Shown here one piece after another: positions 1-9,402 of a DNA stretch of 64,000 nt (the stretch's first letter is position 1; each line of letters opens with the position of its first letter). The notes beneath the pieces were generated by a model. The model worked only from the letters and a program-made list of their open reading frames with translations, made no database searches and was not told where the DNA came from. Where the stretch lies: assembly GCA_001771135.1 (NCBI GenBank), contig MESW01000003.1, positions 136,719 to 200,718 of the forward strand, given 5' to 3'. The translations under genes and the position numbers were made by a program. This stretch comes from a candidate division CPR3 bacterium GWF2_35_18. Its GTDB lineage: Bacteria > Patescibacteriota > CPR3 > GWF2-35-18.

Positions 1-704
1 CCTATTGTTGTTCCGACAAAATCTTTTCCGTTTAAAACCACCTCGAAATTATCAAGATATTTTCCATTAATAAATATTACTTTGAGCTTGAGCTCCTCTG
101 CTTTTGCGGTAGCAATCACGTCGAAAGGAAGATTATCTCCGGCTTTATGTTCGCGAACTGTTCCGATTCTGTCGGCAATAATTTTTTCGTAATCGCTCCA
201 AGTAATCTGATCTAAAGGTTTCGCGTCTGGAAATTCTTTTGGGTCTTTATCATAAACGTGATCAATATCAGATAAATTAATAATTGTTCCACTGTTAAAC
301 ATTTCTGCCATTAGAACTGCATCCATATTGGTACTTTTTTCTGGTTTCCACGCACCAACTACAAGAACTGGTTTTGTAAGCTCTAATTTTTCACTAAAAT
401 CTACATACGCCCGATCATGAGATAATGGCTTCATAAAAGAATTCACAACTTCAGCATTTACCCGAGTTACATAAGCCCCAATCCAGTTTAAATCTTTATT
501 TTCTACGTCAACTTTTAATCTTTTGGCTTCACTTTGATACCATCGACAAATTTTTCCACCACCAATAATAATTACGAATTTTTTACCTTGTTTGGTAAAT
601 TTCTCCAAAACATTCTTCAATCTTACTAAATATTCTAGATTAAATTTGTCAGTTTCCGGAACCACCAACGATCCTCCGAGTTTAATAATAAAAAGATTAT
701 TCAT
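1..704 (-). CDS. Amino-acid-kinase family protein, UMP-kinase-like. Partial: the C-terminus lies beyond the window start
   Basis: Reverse translation from ATG 702-704 gives MNNLFIIKLGGSLVVPE...IIGGGKICR, a carbamate/amino-acid-kinase fold signature. A GGGAG SD precedes it. The start is 2 nt after the stop of the upstream ORF. Confidence 0.55.
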   Translation of the reverse strand, partial: MNNLFIIKLGGSLVVPETDKFNLEYLVRLKNVLEKFTKQGKKFVIIIGGGKICRWYQSEAKRLKVDVENKDLNWIGAYVTRVNAEVVNSFMKPLSHDRAYVDFSEKLELTKPVLVVGAWKPEKSTNMDAVLMAEMFNSGTIINLSDIDHVYDKDPKEFPDAKPLDQITWSDYEKIIADRIGTVREHKAGDNLPFDVIATAKAEELKLKVIFINGKYLDNFEVVLNGKDFVGTTI

Positions 705-1449
705 GAACTAATTCTCCCTTCAAAACAACCTGTTCTATATCTTCTTTTTTTATAACATATGGAACCACATTATACCTTACTGAATATTGTGAAAAATCTG
801 GTTGTATATCAAATAATCTGACACCCATTCCCGGTTCAACTATTCCATCAATATTTCGATGACCATATGGTTTTACTCCAAAGAATGAAGGTTTGTTATA
901 AGTTTTCAAATCTTCATAAAACCTTAACACAAACGCAGAATATAAAAACTGATTAATGGCTTTCTCTTTATTCTCTCCGTATACTTCTTCGGGAAAAAAT
1001 ACACCAAGATCATTTAAAACTTTTTCCGCTCTAAATAAATTAATAGTCCGTGGTTCAAAGGAGCCTTCACCAGTTGTTGCACCTGATATCATTTCTTGAA
1101 GCTTTTCATCAGAGATAACTCCTCCGGCTCCAATATTATTTGAAAATTCTTCAGACATAATTATTGCAAATCCAGAATCTTGATGTTGTATAGAAAAAGG
1201 GTTATCCGGATGAAAAGCTGTATTATGACCATTTGAATCAGTAACATGGAAGCTAAACGTACATTCGTTAGGATATTTGCTCGGTTCATATCTGAAGCCT
1301 TCTTCAAATAAAATATTCAAGGCTTCATCTGTGCTAGCATATCTCGAACAATCAACTACATGAGTTAATTGACCAGGCTTTAACTGAGTAATGCTTTCTT
1401 GACCTTTCAAAACTTTGATTTCCGGAGGATAAGAGAAATTTTCTGACAT
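697..1449 (-). CDS. Hypothetical protein, 250 aa, no recognisable motif
   Basis: Long ORF tightly packed between gatB and the kinase-family gene. ATG start at 1447-1449. Confidence 0.5.
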   Translation of the reverse strand: MSENFSYPPEIKVLKGQESITQLKPGQLTHVVDCSRYASTDEALNILFEEGFRYEPSKYPNECTFSFHVTDSNGHNTAFHPDNPFSIQHQDSGFAIIMSEEFSNNIGAGGVISDEKLQEMISGATTGEGSFEPRTINLFRAEKVLNDLGVFFPEEVYGENKEKAINQFLYSAFVLRFYEDLKTYNKPSFFGVKPYGHRNIDGIVEPGMGVRLFDIQPDFSQYSVRYNVVPYVIKKEDIEQVVLKGELVHE

Positions 1450-1453
1450 ATTA

Positions 1454-2926
1454 TTATCCTAATAATTCGGTTAATTTTTGATTTACGATTTTCACATCCG
1501 CTTTCCCTTTTGTTTCTCGCATCACCATTCCAATAAGAAACTGTAAACTCGCTTTCTTGCCAACTTTGTAATCAGCAACGGGTTTTGGATTAGCAACGAT
1601 AACTTTTTTGACGACTTCCTCAAGAGCTCCGGTATCCGAAACTTGTTCTAATCCTTTATTTTGAATAATCTCTTCAATATCTCCACCTTCTGTAAGCAAT
1701 ATATTTAAAATCTCTTTACCAGATGGTCGAGAAATCTTACCGTCTTCAACATTCGTCACTAAATCAGCAAGTTGGAGTGGTTGAATTTTTAGCTTATTAA
1801 CTCCCGATAACTGATATTGGGAACTCCCCATTATTTCTGTAATAATCCAGTTCGCCACTTTTTTACCGTGTTTCTTATCTTTCAAGGATTTCACCGATTC
1901 TTCAAACCACTTTGCAATTTCTATTTCTTCGGTCAAAACTTGTGCATCGTATTCTGTAATACCAAAATCCTTTACAAATCGGCCAACTTTTATATTCGGA
2001 AGCTCCGGTAATTTATTCCTAATCTCATCTAAATATATTTCATCAGTATTATCTTTGGCTTGCTTACTTTCTTTTAACTCAATCGGCGGTATATCCGGTT
2101 CCGGGAAATACCGATAATCATGGGCTTCTTCCTTTATTCGTTGCGTGTAGGTCGATTGTTTGTCATCATTCCAACCGCGTGTTTCTTGAATTGGAATCTC
2201 TCCTTTTTCAAGGATCGATATCTGTCTTTTAACCTCAAATTCAACTCCCCGTTTTAAAGATGTAAACGAATTCAAGTTCTTAATTTCTACCTTGTATTTT
2301 GGAAGACCCTTTTCTCCAACCTTTCGAACACTGATATTCGGCTCCACGCGTAGATTACCTTTTTCCATATCGCCATCAGAGATATCAAGGTATCTTACAA
2401 TTTGACGAATCTTTTTGGCAAAATCAAAAACGTCTTCAGCCTTACGAAAATCCGGCTCAGTAACAAGCTCCATAAGCGGAATTCCCGATTTGTTAAAGTC
2501 CAACAGAGTATATTCCTCTCCACCTTTTTCCGTTATGTGCATCGACTTTCCTGTATCTTCTTCCAAATGAATTCTGGTAATTCCAACTGTTTTATCATTA
2601 ACTACTAATTTTCCGTCATGGCAAAAAGGTTTATCATATTGAGTAATTTGATAGCCTTTCGGTAAATCAGGATAAAAATAATTTTTCCGAGCAAAGTATG
2701 AATTTTTATTGATCTCACAATCCAAGGCTAATCCCATCAGAATAACGTCTTGAATCGCCTTTTTATTGGGAACCGGAAGCGCTCCTGGTAAACCTAAACA
2801 GGTAGGACAACAATGAGTATTGGGAAGATCATCTCTATAATCAGTCCCGCATCGGCAGAACATTTTGGATTTGGTATTTAGTTGGACATGAATTTCAAGT
2901 CCAATAACCGGCTCGTAGTTAGACAT
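1454..2926 (-). CDS. gatB: Asp-tRNA(Asn)/Glu-tRNA(Gln) amidotransferase subunit B
   Basis: N-terminus MSNYEPVIGLEIHVQLNTKSKMFCRC and overall length are typical of GatB. Confidence 0.93.
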   Translation of the reverse strand: MSNYEPVIGLEIHVQLNTKSKMFCRCGTDYRDDLPNTHCCPTCLGLPGALPVPNKKAIQDVILMGLALDCEINKNSYFARKNYFYPDLPKGYQITQYDKPFCHDGKLVVNDKTVGITRIHLEEDTGKSMHITEKGGEEYTLLDFNKSGIPLMELVTEPDFRKAEDVFDFAKKIRQIVRYLDISDGDMEKGNLRVEPNISVRKVGEKGLPKYKVEIKNLNSFTSLKRGVEFEVKRQISILEKGEIPIQETRGWNDDKQSTYTQRIKEEAHDYRYFPEPDIPPIELKESKQAKDNTDEIYLDEIRNKLPELPNIKVGRFVKDFGITEYDAQVLTEEIEIAKWFEESVKSLKDKKHGKKVANWIITEIMGSSQYQLSGVNKLKIQPLQLADLVTNVEDGKISRPSGKEILNILLTEGGDIEEIIQNKGLEQVSDTGALEEVVKKVIVANPKPVADYKVGKKASLQFLIGMVMRETKGKADVKIVNQKLTELLG

Positions 2927-4208
2927 CTTTAACTTCTACCTTTCTGAAATTATGATTCCGTTTGAGAATTCCTAAAAAGGCAATCATAAAAATCATAGTG
3001 ACTAATCCAAAAATAACAGGGAAAACACCAACCTGATCGATGACAGCACCGGCCATCAATGTTGGAGCCAAAATAATGATTGATTGAAACAGTTTGTAAG
3101 CTCCGGAAACTCTGCCCATGATTTCAACCGGTGTTTCCTCTTGAACCACGGTAGTACCTGTAATCATGACAACAATGGCCATAAAACCAAGAATAAAAAG
3201 CAAAAACATAATTAAAGGATAATAAACAATTCCCTTTAATCCCAAGAATCCCATGGTAAGGAGTACTGAACCTGCACCAAACATTCCAAAACTTATTAGT
3301 ACTTTACGATGACCTTTCATATAACGATCGACAAAAAAAGCTCCCAAAACTGATCCAAAAAATATCGGTAAAATTAACTTGATTCCCAAATCTAAAAAAT
3401 CAAAACCCAAAACAGTAGTACCAATCTCTGGTGCCGCAATCGCCAAGGTTCCCACGGAAACTTGGAATAAAAGTAAAATCAACATTGTCAGATGAATCAT
3501 CCGGTTTCTAAAGATAAAACGGTAGTTTCCCTTAACCTCGCTCCACATCTTGGCAGCAGGATTTTCTTTAAAAAATGAAAGCTTTTTCTCAACTTTATCT
3601 TTTCGGATTATCAATGAAGCAATTGTGGCTGCAAAAAGCAATGCTGAAGCCAAAACAAAGGTGGTATTTTTGCCAATCAGTTTAATAATTTCACCTGCAA
3701 ATGAAAATCCGATCACCATTGTTCCGTAAGAAGCTAAAGTAAACAAAAAATTCGCAATCGGTAAATGTTCTTTTTTGACTAAAGTCGGAATCATAGCTGC
3801 TTCAGCCGGATAATAAAATTCATCGACAATTGAATATAAAAAAATGACCGGATAGATAAAAATCCAATGAGTGTTTATAAGTAAATACAGAAGCACAATC
3901 AAAGCCTGTAAAAAATTTGTCACCACCATAATATTTCTTCGAGACGTGTGGTCTACAATAATACCGGCAAAAAGACCTAAAATTGGTACCGGTAATAAAT
4001 AAAAAAGAAAAAGCAGCGATACATTAAAAGAACTTTTGGTAGTATCAAAAATAATATAAGCAAGCACAAAATTGAGCATTTGGGCACAAAAAACTGATAG
4101 AGCCTGCGCCAGCCACAAGGAAAGAAAATCCTTATTTTTCAAAACTTCAATAAAATGATTGCTATTTACTAATGTATTTTTTCCTGTGTTTTTCATTTTT
4201 AACTTCAA
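2919..4208 (-). CDS. MFS-type transporter, about 12 TM helices
   Basis: Polytopic hydrophobic protein. The start is either TTG 4208, overlapping the upstream stop, or ATG 4196. Confidence 0.6.
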   Translation of the reverse strand: MKLKMKNTGKNTLVNSNHFIEVLKNKDFLSLWLAQALSVFCAQMLNFVLAYIIFDTTKSSFNVSLLFLFYLLPVPILGLFAGIIVDHTSRRNIMVVTNFLQALIVLLYLLINTHWIFIYPVIFLYSIVDEFYYPAEAAMIPTLVKKEHLPIANFLFTLASYGTMVIGFSFAGEIIKLIGKNTTFVLASALLFAATIASLIIRKDKVEKKLSFFKENPAAKMWSEVKGNYRFIFRNRMIHLTMLILLLFQVSVGTLAIAAPEIGTTVLGFDFLDLGIKLILPIFFGSVLGAFFVDRYMKGHRKVLISFGMFGAGSVLLTMGFLGLKGIVYYPLIMFLLFILGFMAIVVMITGTTVVQEETPVEIMGRVSGAYKLFQSIIILAPTLMAGAVIDQVGVFPVIFGLVTMIFMIAFLGILKRNHNFRKVEVKDV

Positions 4209-4660
4209 ATTTTAAGATCTTTAATAATAATCTTCAGACTTTTTTCAAACTTATTTATTACTTCAACCGCTTGAGCATGAGGCAGCTCAAATTCCAAATT
4301 GTGCACCAGTTCATTACGCACTTTATGCGCATACCACAAATCATCATAGTCCTGCTTTTCTAGAAAGAAGATCTTGGCATTTTTATATCTTTCCACGCTC
4401 ACTTCTTCCATTGGGTATAGCTTTTTCAAAACATAATCAACCACCTTATCTGCAGTAATTACAGCTTCGTTGAGTTGACTGGGTTTCCCGAGGCTAATGA
4501 GCTCTTCAACCTTGTTCCACAGTGAAACAATTCTCTGTCTGTCTGTATTGTCAATATTCCTAGATGCTAGATTTACGTTAAAAATTCCCGGTTTACCTTT
4601 TAAAATTATCAAAAGAAAAAATATGGCGAGAATGATTGCAAGTCCAACAAGATAATACAT
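4205..4660 (-). CDS. Small membrane-anchored protein with a HEPN-like R-x4-H motif
   Basis: N-terminal TM helix, then a helical domain containing HKVRNELVHN. ATG 4660 is preceded by AAGGAA. An alternative TTG start lies at 4669. Confidence 0.5.
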   Translation of the reverse strand: MYYLVGLAIILAIFFLLIILKGKPGIFNVNLASRNIDNTDRQRIVSLWNKVEELISLGKPSQLNEAVITADKVVDYVLKKLYPMEEVSVERYKNAKIFFLEKQDYDDLWYAHKVRNELVHNLEFELPHAQAVEVINKFEKSLKIIIKDLKI

Positions 4661-4683
4661 AATAATCAAAGTTTCCTTATTAT

Positions 4684-5976
4684 TTAAGGTTTCAAACGGT
4701 AAATTGTCCGTGGAAACGGAATAGTTTCACGTACATGAGGTAATCCACAAACCCAAGCTATCATACGCTCCAATCCCAAGCCAAAACCGGAATGTGGAAC
4801 ACTTCCATATTTTCGTAAGTCAAGATACCAAGAAAAATCTTCAATATTTAGTTTATGATCTTTAACCCGTTGTAATAACTTATCATAATTATCTTCACGT
4901 TGCGAACCGCCAATCATCTCTCCATAACCTTCTGGAACTAATAAATCATTGCACAAGACGTATTTCGGATCATCTGATTCTTTCATATAAAATGCTTTTA
5001 TCTCTTTCGGATAATGGGTTACAAAGATCGGCTTTTCATGAGTTTTGGTCAAAATTGTTTCGTCATCATTACCAAAATCTTCACCCTCTTTAATATCAGA
5101 ACCTAAACCGTGCAACTCTTTTACGGCTTCGGAGTAGGTCATTTGAATATAAGGAGGTTTAATCTTTTTCAAAGGTTCCAGGTTTCGACCCACGATTTTT
5201 AATTCCTCTTGGCAATTTGCTAGAACTTGATCTAATAAATATTGCACTAATTTTTCCTGTAAATGAATATTATCCTGCCAATCATAAAAAGCCATCTCCG
5301 AATTATTCATCCAGAATTCGGTTAAATGACGACGCGTCTTTGATTTCTCGGCTCGAAAAACTGGGGAAAAATCATAAACCTTGGCAAAAGAAGCAATCGC
5401 CGCTTCTAAATAAAGCTGCCCTGATTGTGACAAATAAGCTTTTTCTTCAAAATACGGAACTTCGAATAATGTCGTTGTTCCCTCACAGGCATTCGGAGTA
5501 AATATTGGAGTATCAATCTTTGTAAATCCCTCAGTACGATAAAAATCATAAATTCCGTGAATTAGTTGGTCTCGAATTTTTTGAATTGCCCACTGTCTTT
5601 GAGATCTTAACCATAGATGACGGTTATCAAGAAGAAAATCCGGTCCGTGTTCCTTTTTACTGATTGGATAGTCTTCTTTTGGAATCTGGATAATTTCAAT
5701 CTTTGTGACAAGCAGTTCATAACCTGAAGAAGATCTTGGTTCTGCCTTCACTTTCCCCGTCAAAATAACAGACGTTTCCAAACCTACTCCTTTAGCCTTT
5801 AAAAAGGTTTCTTCAGACACTTCCTTCTTAATGATCACACCCTGAATTACTCCAGTTCCATCGCGGAACTGTAAAAAAATAATCGAACCGGAAGAACGGA
5901 AATTATAGATCCAACCTTTCAGTTCAATCTGTTCACCAACGAAATTTTTAATTTGAGAAAGATAGATATTATTCAT
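4684..5976 (-). CDS. aspS: Class IIb aspartyl-tRNA synthetase, archaeal type and probably non-discriminating. Asparaginyl-tRNA synthetase is not excluded
   Basis: OB-fold N-terminus and class II core. The C-terminus GFGLGLERMIAWVCGLPHVRETIPFPRTIYRLKP ends in the R-L-x-P tail typical of archaeal-type AspRS. The gene sits inside gatCAB. Confidence 0.6.
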   Translation of the reverse strand: MNNIYLSQIKNFVGEQIELKGWIYNFRSSGSIIFLQFRDGTGVIQGVIIKKEVSEETFLKAKGVGLETSVILTGKVKAEPRSSSGYELLVTKIEIIQIPKEDYPISKKEHGPDFLLDNRHLWLRSQRQWAIQKIRDQLIHGIYDFYRTEGFTKIDTPIFTPNACEGTTTLFEVPYFEEKAYLSQSGQLYLEAAIASFAKVYDFSPVFRAEKSKTRRHLTEFWMNNSEMAFYDWQDNIHLQEKLVQYLLDQVLANCQEELKIVGRNLEPLKKIKPPYIQMTYSEAVKELHGLGSDIKEGEDFGNDDETILTKTHEKPIFVTHYPKEIKAFYMKESDDPKYVLCNDLLVPEGYGEMIGGSQREDNYDKLLQRVKDHKLNIEDFSWYLDLRKYGSVPHSGFGLGLERMIAWVCGLPHVRETIPFPRTIYRLKP

Positions 5977-5978
5977 AA

Positions 5979-7445
5979 TTATTTAATCCTCGGCTTTCTT
6001 AAATGCCAATCTGTTATTGATTGGTATTGATTTGCTAATTGTAATAATAATTTTTCACTATTCATTGGACCAATAATTTGCATTCCAATCGGTAAATTAC
6101 TATCAGAAAAACCACAAGGAATCGCTAGACTTGGAATTCCGGAAGGATTAATTGTCACGGTAAAAGCATCAACGAGCCACATCTTCAAAGGATCATCCAT
6201 GTTCTCACCGACTTTAAATGGCAAAACCGGCGAAACTGGAGCAATAAGCAAATCGTATTCCTGAAATTTTCTTTCAAAATCTTGCTTTAAGAGCGTTCGA
6301 ACCTGTTGAGCTTTTTGATAATAAGCATCATAATAACCGCTTGATAGCGCATATGTTCCCACCATAATCCGCCGCTTGGCTTCATCTTCAAAACGCTTTC
6401 CGCGCGAGTTTAGATAGACAGAATTAATATCCTGTCCAGATTGATCCGAATAACCAAATCTAATGCCATCGTAACGAGCTAGATTGGCACTCACTTCGGA
6501 AATACCCGAAAGATAATAAGCCGCAATTGCATATTTCGTGTAAGGCAGAGAAACCTCACTAACTGTATGTCCTTGTTTAGTAAGATCTGAAGCTGCTTTT
6601 TTGACCGCTTTAATGATTTCCGGATCAACATCTTCAGTAAAATATTCCTTAGGAAGACCTATCTTTAATTTCGGAAGATTCTCTTTTAAATTTAAGAGAT
6701 AATTAATCCTTGGTTGTTCAGATGTAGTGGCATCATCTTCATCTTTCCCGGCAATCACATTTAAAACGACGCTGAGGTCTTCTACGGTACCTGCAAACGC
6801 TCCAATTGTATCCAGAGATGATCCGTAAGACATTACTCCAAATCGAGAAACTAAACCGTATGTCACCTTAAGACCGGAAACGGAACAGAAACAGGCCGGC
6901 TGACGAATTGATCCTCCCGTGTCTTCACCGAGAGAAAAGATTCCCATATTTGCCGATACTGCCGCAGCAGATCCTCCGGAAGAACCTCCAGGAACATACT
7001 CTGTATTCCAAGGATTTCGGGTAACCTGATAATAAGAATTCTCAGTGGAACTACCAAAACCAAAAGGATCGCAGTTGTTTTTTCCGATCAGAATTGCTCC
7101 TACCTCTTCTACTTTTCGGATCGCGGTGGCGTTATACGGAGGAATAAATCCTTCCAGAATTCCCGATCCTCCGGTTGACTGCACTCCCTTGGTACAAAAA
7201 ACATCTTTAGCGCTGTAAGGAACTCCTTCCAAAGCTCTTAATTCTTTTCCCGAATTGATTCTCTTATCAACTTCTTGAGCTTTTTCTAAAGCTTGTTTCT
7301 CTGTCAAGGTAATAAAAGCTTTAATTTGAGGTTCCAGCTTTTTAATTCTTGCAAAAGTTTGCTTGATAACCTCAGTACAGGTAAATTCATCTTTTTTATA
7401 ACCTTCATGTAAACGTTTAATTGTTAAGTCTTCAAAATTAATCAT
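5979..7445 (-). CDS. gatA: Glutamyl-tRNA(Gln)/Asp-tRNA(Asn) amidotransferase subunit A
   Basis: Amidase signature GGSSGGSAAAV. Confidence 0.93.
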   Translation of the reverse strand: MINFEDLTIKRLHEGYKKDEFTCTEVIKQTFARIKKLEPQIKAFITLTEKQALEKAQEVDKRINSGKELRALEGVPYSAKDVFCTKGVQSTGGSGILEGFIPPYNATAIRKVEEVGAILIGKNNCDPFGFGSSTENSYYQVTRNPWNTEYVPGGSSGGSAAAVSANMGIFSLGEDTGGSIRQPACFCSVSGLKVTYGLVSRFGVMSYGSSLDTIGAFAGTVEDLSVVLNVIAGKDEDDATTSEQPRINYLLNLKENLPKLKIGLPKEYFTEDVDPEIIKAVKKAASDLTKQGHTVSEVSLPYTKYAIAAYYLSGISEVSANLARYDGIRFGYSDQSGQDINSVYLNSRGKRFEDEAKRRIMVGTYALSSGYYDAYYQKAQQVRTLLKQDFERKFQEYDLLIAPVSPVLPFKVGENMDDPLKMWLVDAFTVTINPSGIPSLAIPCGFSDSNLPIGMQIIGPMNSEKLLLQLANQYQSITDWHLRKPRIK

Positions 7446-7738
7446 TATCTGACTTTCTTAACTTTAAAATATCCGTCTTTTTGCATGGGTGCATTTTGTA
7501 AGGCTTCCGATTGGGTCAAACTCGGTTTCACAAAGTCTTCCTGCCAGACATTTTTGAGTCCGGTAACTTGAAAAGTCGGCTTAATATTCTTGGTATCAAG
7601 TTCATTGAGATGATCAACATATTCCAGAATAGATGAAAGCTGTGATTCAAATCTGATAATCTCTTCATCAGAAAGACCAATCCAAGCCAGATCGGCAATA
7701 TGTTTTACTTCATTTTTAGTAATCTTTTTATATGACAT
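7445..7738 (-). CDS. gatC: Amidotransferase subunit C
   Basis: 97-aa protein with a GatC-like sequence, immediately upstream of gatA with a 1-nt overlap. Confidence 0.8.
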   Translation of the reverse strand: MSYKKITKNEVKHIADLAWIGLSDEEIIRFESQLSSILEYVDHLNELDTKNIKPTFQVTGLKNVWQEDFVKPSLTQSEALQNAPMQKDGYFKVKKVR

Positions 7739-7814
7739 AAAAAACTCCTTTTGACTGTCTCATCATACCAAGGAGACTTTATTTTGTAAATTAGAATTAA
7801 ATCGTAAAGATGCA

Positions 7815-7838
7815 ACCCGCTCAAGGATCTGAGCGGGT
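7815..7838 (-). terminator. Stem-loop downstream of glnA, a putative terminator
   Basis: acccgctc-aaggatct-gagcgggt lies 16 nt past the glnA stop and is followed by a moderately U-rich tract on the minus strand. Confidence 0.4.
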
Positions 7839-7853
7839 CGTTCTAACCTGAAT

Positions 7854-9188
7854 TTATAGAGTTTCCAAGTATCTTTCTAATTCCCAATCAGTAACATGAA
7901 GCCGGTACAAATCCCATTCTTGCATCTTGGCTTCTAAATATAATTTGTGAGTCCGTTCCCCCATGATTTGTCTAGCTAAAAAGCTATCTCCATATAGATC
8001 CAAAGCTTCTTTCAGAGATCCAGGCAATTTGTGAATATAGAACTCACGTAATTTCTCCTCATCAAATTCATACACATCTTCTTCAACCGGCATCGGCGGA
8101 TTTTCCTTTTCTTTAATTCCTTTGAGTCCGGATTTTAGCATCGCCGCAAACGTAAGATATGGATTACTGGAAGGATCTGGACATCGTAGTTCCGCTCGGG
8201 TAGATTTTTCACGACCGGCAAAGATAGAGGGAACGCGAATCATTGCCGAACGATTACGTCTCGCCCAGCAGATATACACCGGCGCTTCATATCCAGGCGT
8301 TAACCTTTTGTAAGAATTTACAGTTGGCGAAGTAAGAGCTACAATTTCCCGAATATATTTGAGTTGCCCTGCGATAAAATGATAGGCTGTTTGCGATAAT
8401 CCGTATGGATCGCTCACATTACTAAAAAGATTCGTTTGACCTTCAAGGTCGAATAAACTTTGGTGTACATGCATCCCCGAACCGTTAATCCCAAAAAATG
8501 GTTTAGGCATAAAAGTCGCATGATACCCCATTTTCCTCGCAATATGCTTAGTGACAAATTTAAATGTCAAAGCATTATCAGCGGTTTTTAAAGCGACATC
8601 GTACTTAAAATCAATCTCATGTTGATTATCCGCAACTTCCGTGTGAGCCATTTCCACTTCAATTCCGAATTTTGCTAAGGCTTTTGTAATCTCTTGACGG
8701 ATTGCGTAAGTATCATTCAAAGATGCTTTAAAATATGATCTATTGCCTTTGGAAGAAAAATTTATCTCCCCAGTTTCAGTGAGAGGAAATAAAAAGAACT
8801 CTAATTCTGGACCAACAAAATATTGAAACCCTAATTCTCTGGCTTCAAGTAAAGCCTTTTTTAAGATATACCTTGGATCACCTTCAAAGGGTTTACCATC
8901 TACGGTATAAACATCCGCAATAAATCGGGCGCTTTTTCTGCCATCGTTTTGCCAAGGAATAACCGCATACGTTGATAAATCAGGCATTAAATACATATCT
9001 GATTCAAAGATACGCGTAAACCCTTGTACTGACGAACCATCGAACCAAACGCCGTGATCAAGTGCTTCACCGAGTTTATTAACGGGAATAGTAGTTGATT
9101 TTAAGGTTCCGAAAAAATCGGTAAATTGTACATCAATAAATGCAACTTTATCTTCTCTGACTTTCTCTAAAATGGTTTTCTTATCCAT
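7854..9188 (-). CDS. glnA: Glutamine synthetase type I
   Basis: 444 aa, GS catalytic-domain sequence throughout. SD AAAGGAGG. Confidence 0.93.
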   Translation of the reverse strand: MDKKTILEKVREDKVAFIDVQFTDFFGTLKSTTIPVNKLGEALDHGVWFDGSSVQGFTRIFESDMYLMPDLSTYAVIPWQNDGRKSARFIADVYTVDGKPFEGDPRYILKKALLEARELGFQYFVGPELEFFLFPLTETGEINFSSKGNRSYFKASLNDTYAIRQEITKALAKFGIEVEMAHTEVADNQHEIDFKYDVALKTADNALTFKFVTKHIARKMGYHATFMPKPFFGINGSGMHVHQSLFDLEGQTNLFSNVSDPYGLSQTAYHFIAGQLKYIREIVALTSPTVNSYKRLTPGYEAPVYICWARRNRSAMIRVPSIFAGREKSTRAELRCPDPSSNPYLTFAAMLKSGLKGIKEKENPPMPVEEDVYEFDEEKLREFYIHKLPGSLKEALDLYGDSFLARQIMGERTHKLYLEAKMQEWDLYRLHVTDWELERYLETL

Positions 9189-9402
9189 TTTTCCTCCTTT
9201 AATAATCTAATTAAAACGAAAAAAACCAGCTCGTTTTAGGTAGCTGGTTTTGTAAAAATTATGATTTAAATAAATATTTCATTAGCTTCGCTGTTTAGAA
9301 TACAAAATACCAGCCCCGAATAATTGAGTTTCCTGCTGCTGGTTCAAAAGATTCATTTTTAACCAAAGTTTATTTACCATAATGGTCTACAGGATAGCTC
9401 AA
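9189..9402 (-). promoter_or_regulatory. Structured glnA leader: a three-way-junction element, an alternative antiterminator, and an intrinsic terminator 28 nt before the glnA ATG
   Basis: Terminator aaccagct-N10-agctggtt plus U7 at plus 9217-9249. The upstream segment GGCUGGUAUUUUGU can pair with the 5' arm of the terminator. A 10-bp inverted repeat (9319-9328 vs 9398-9407), extended by tcctg/cagga, encloses two small hairpins. Confidence 0.45.

Noticed and set aside
1817-2608. Small plus-strand ORFs inside gatB (64 and 68 aa)
   Set aside because: They are antisense to a well-supported conserved gene and are typical spurious ORFs. The same applies to other small antisense ORFs in the track (e.g. 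5217-5501, 6863-7063, 10469-10768, 42735-43076, 45216-45776).
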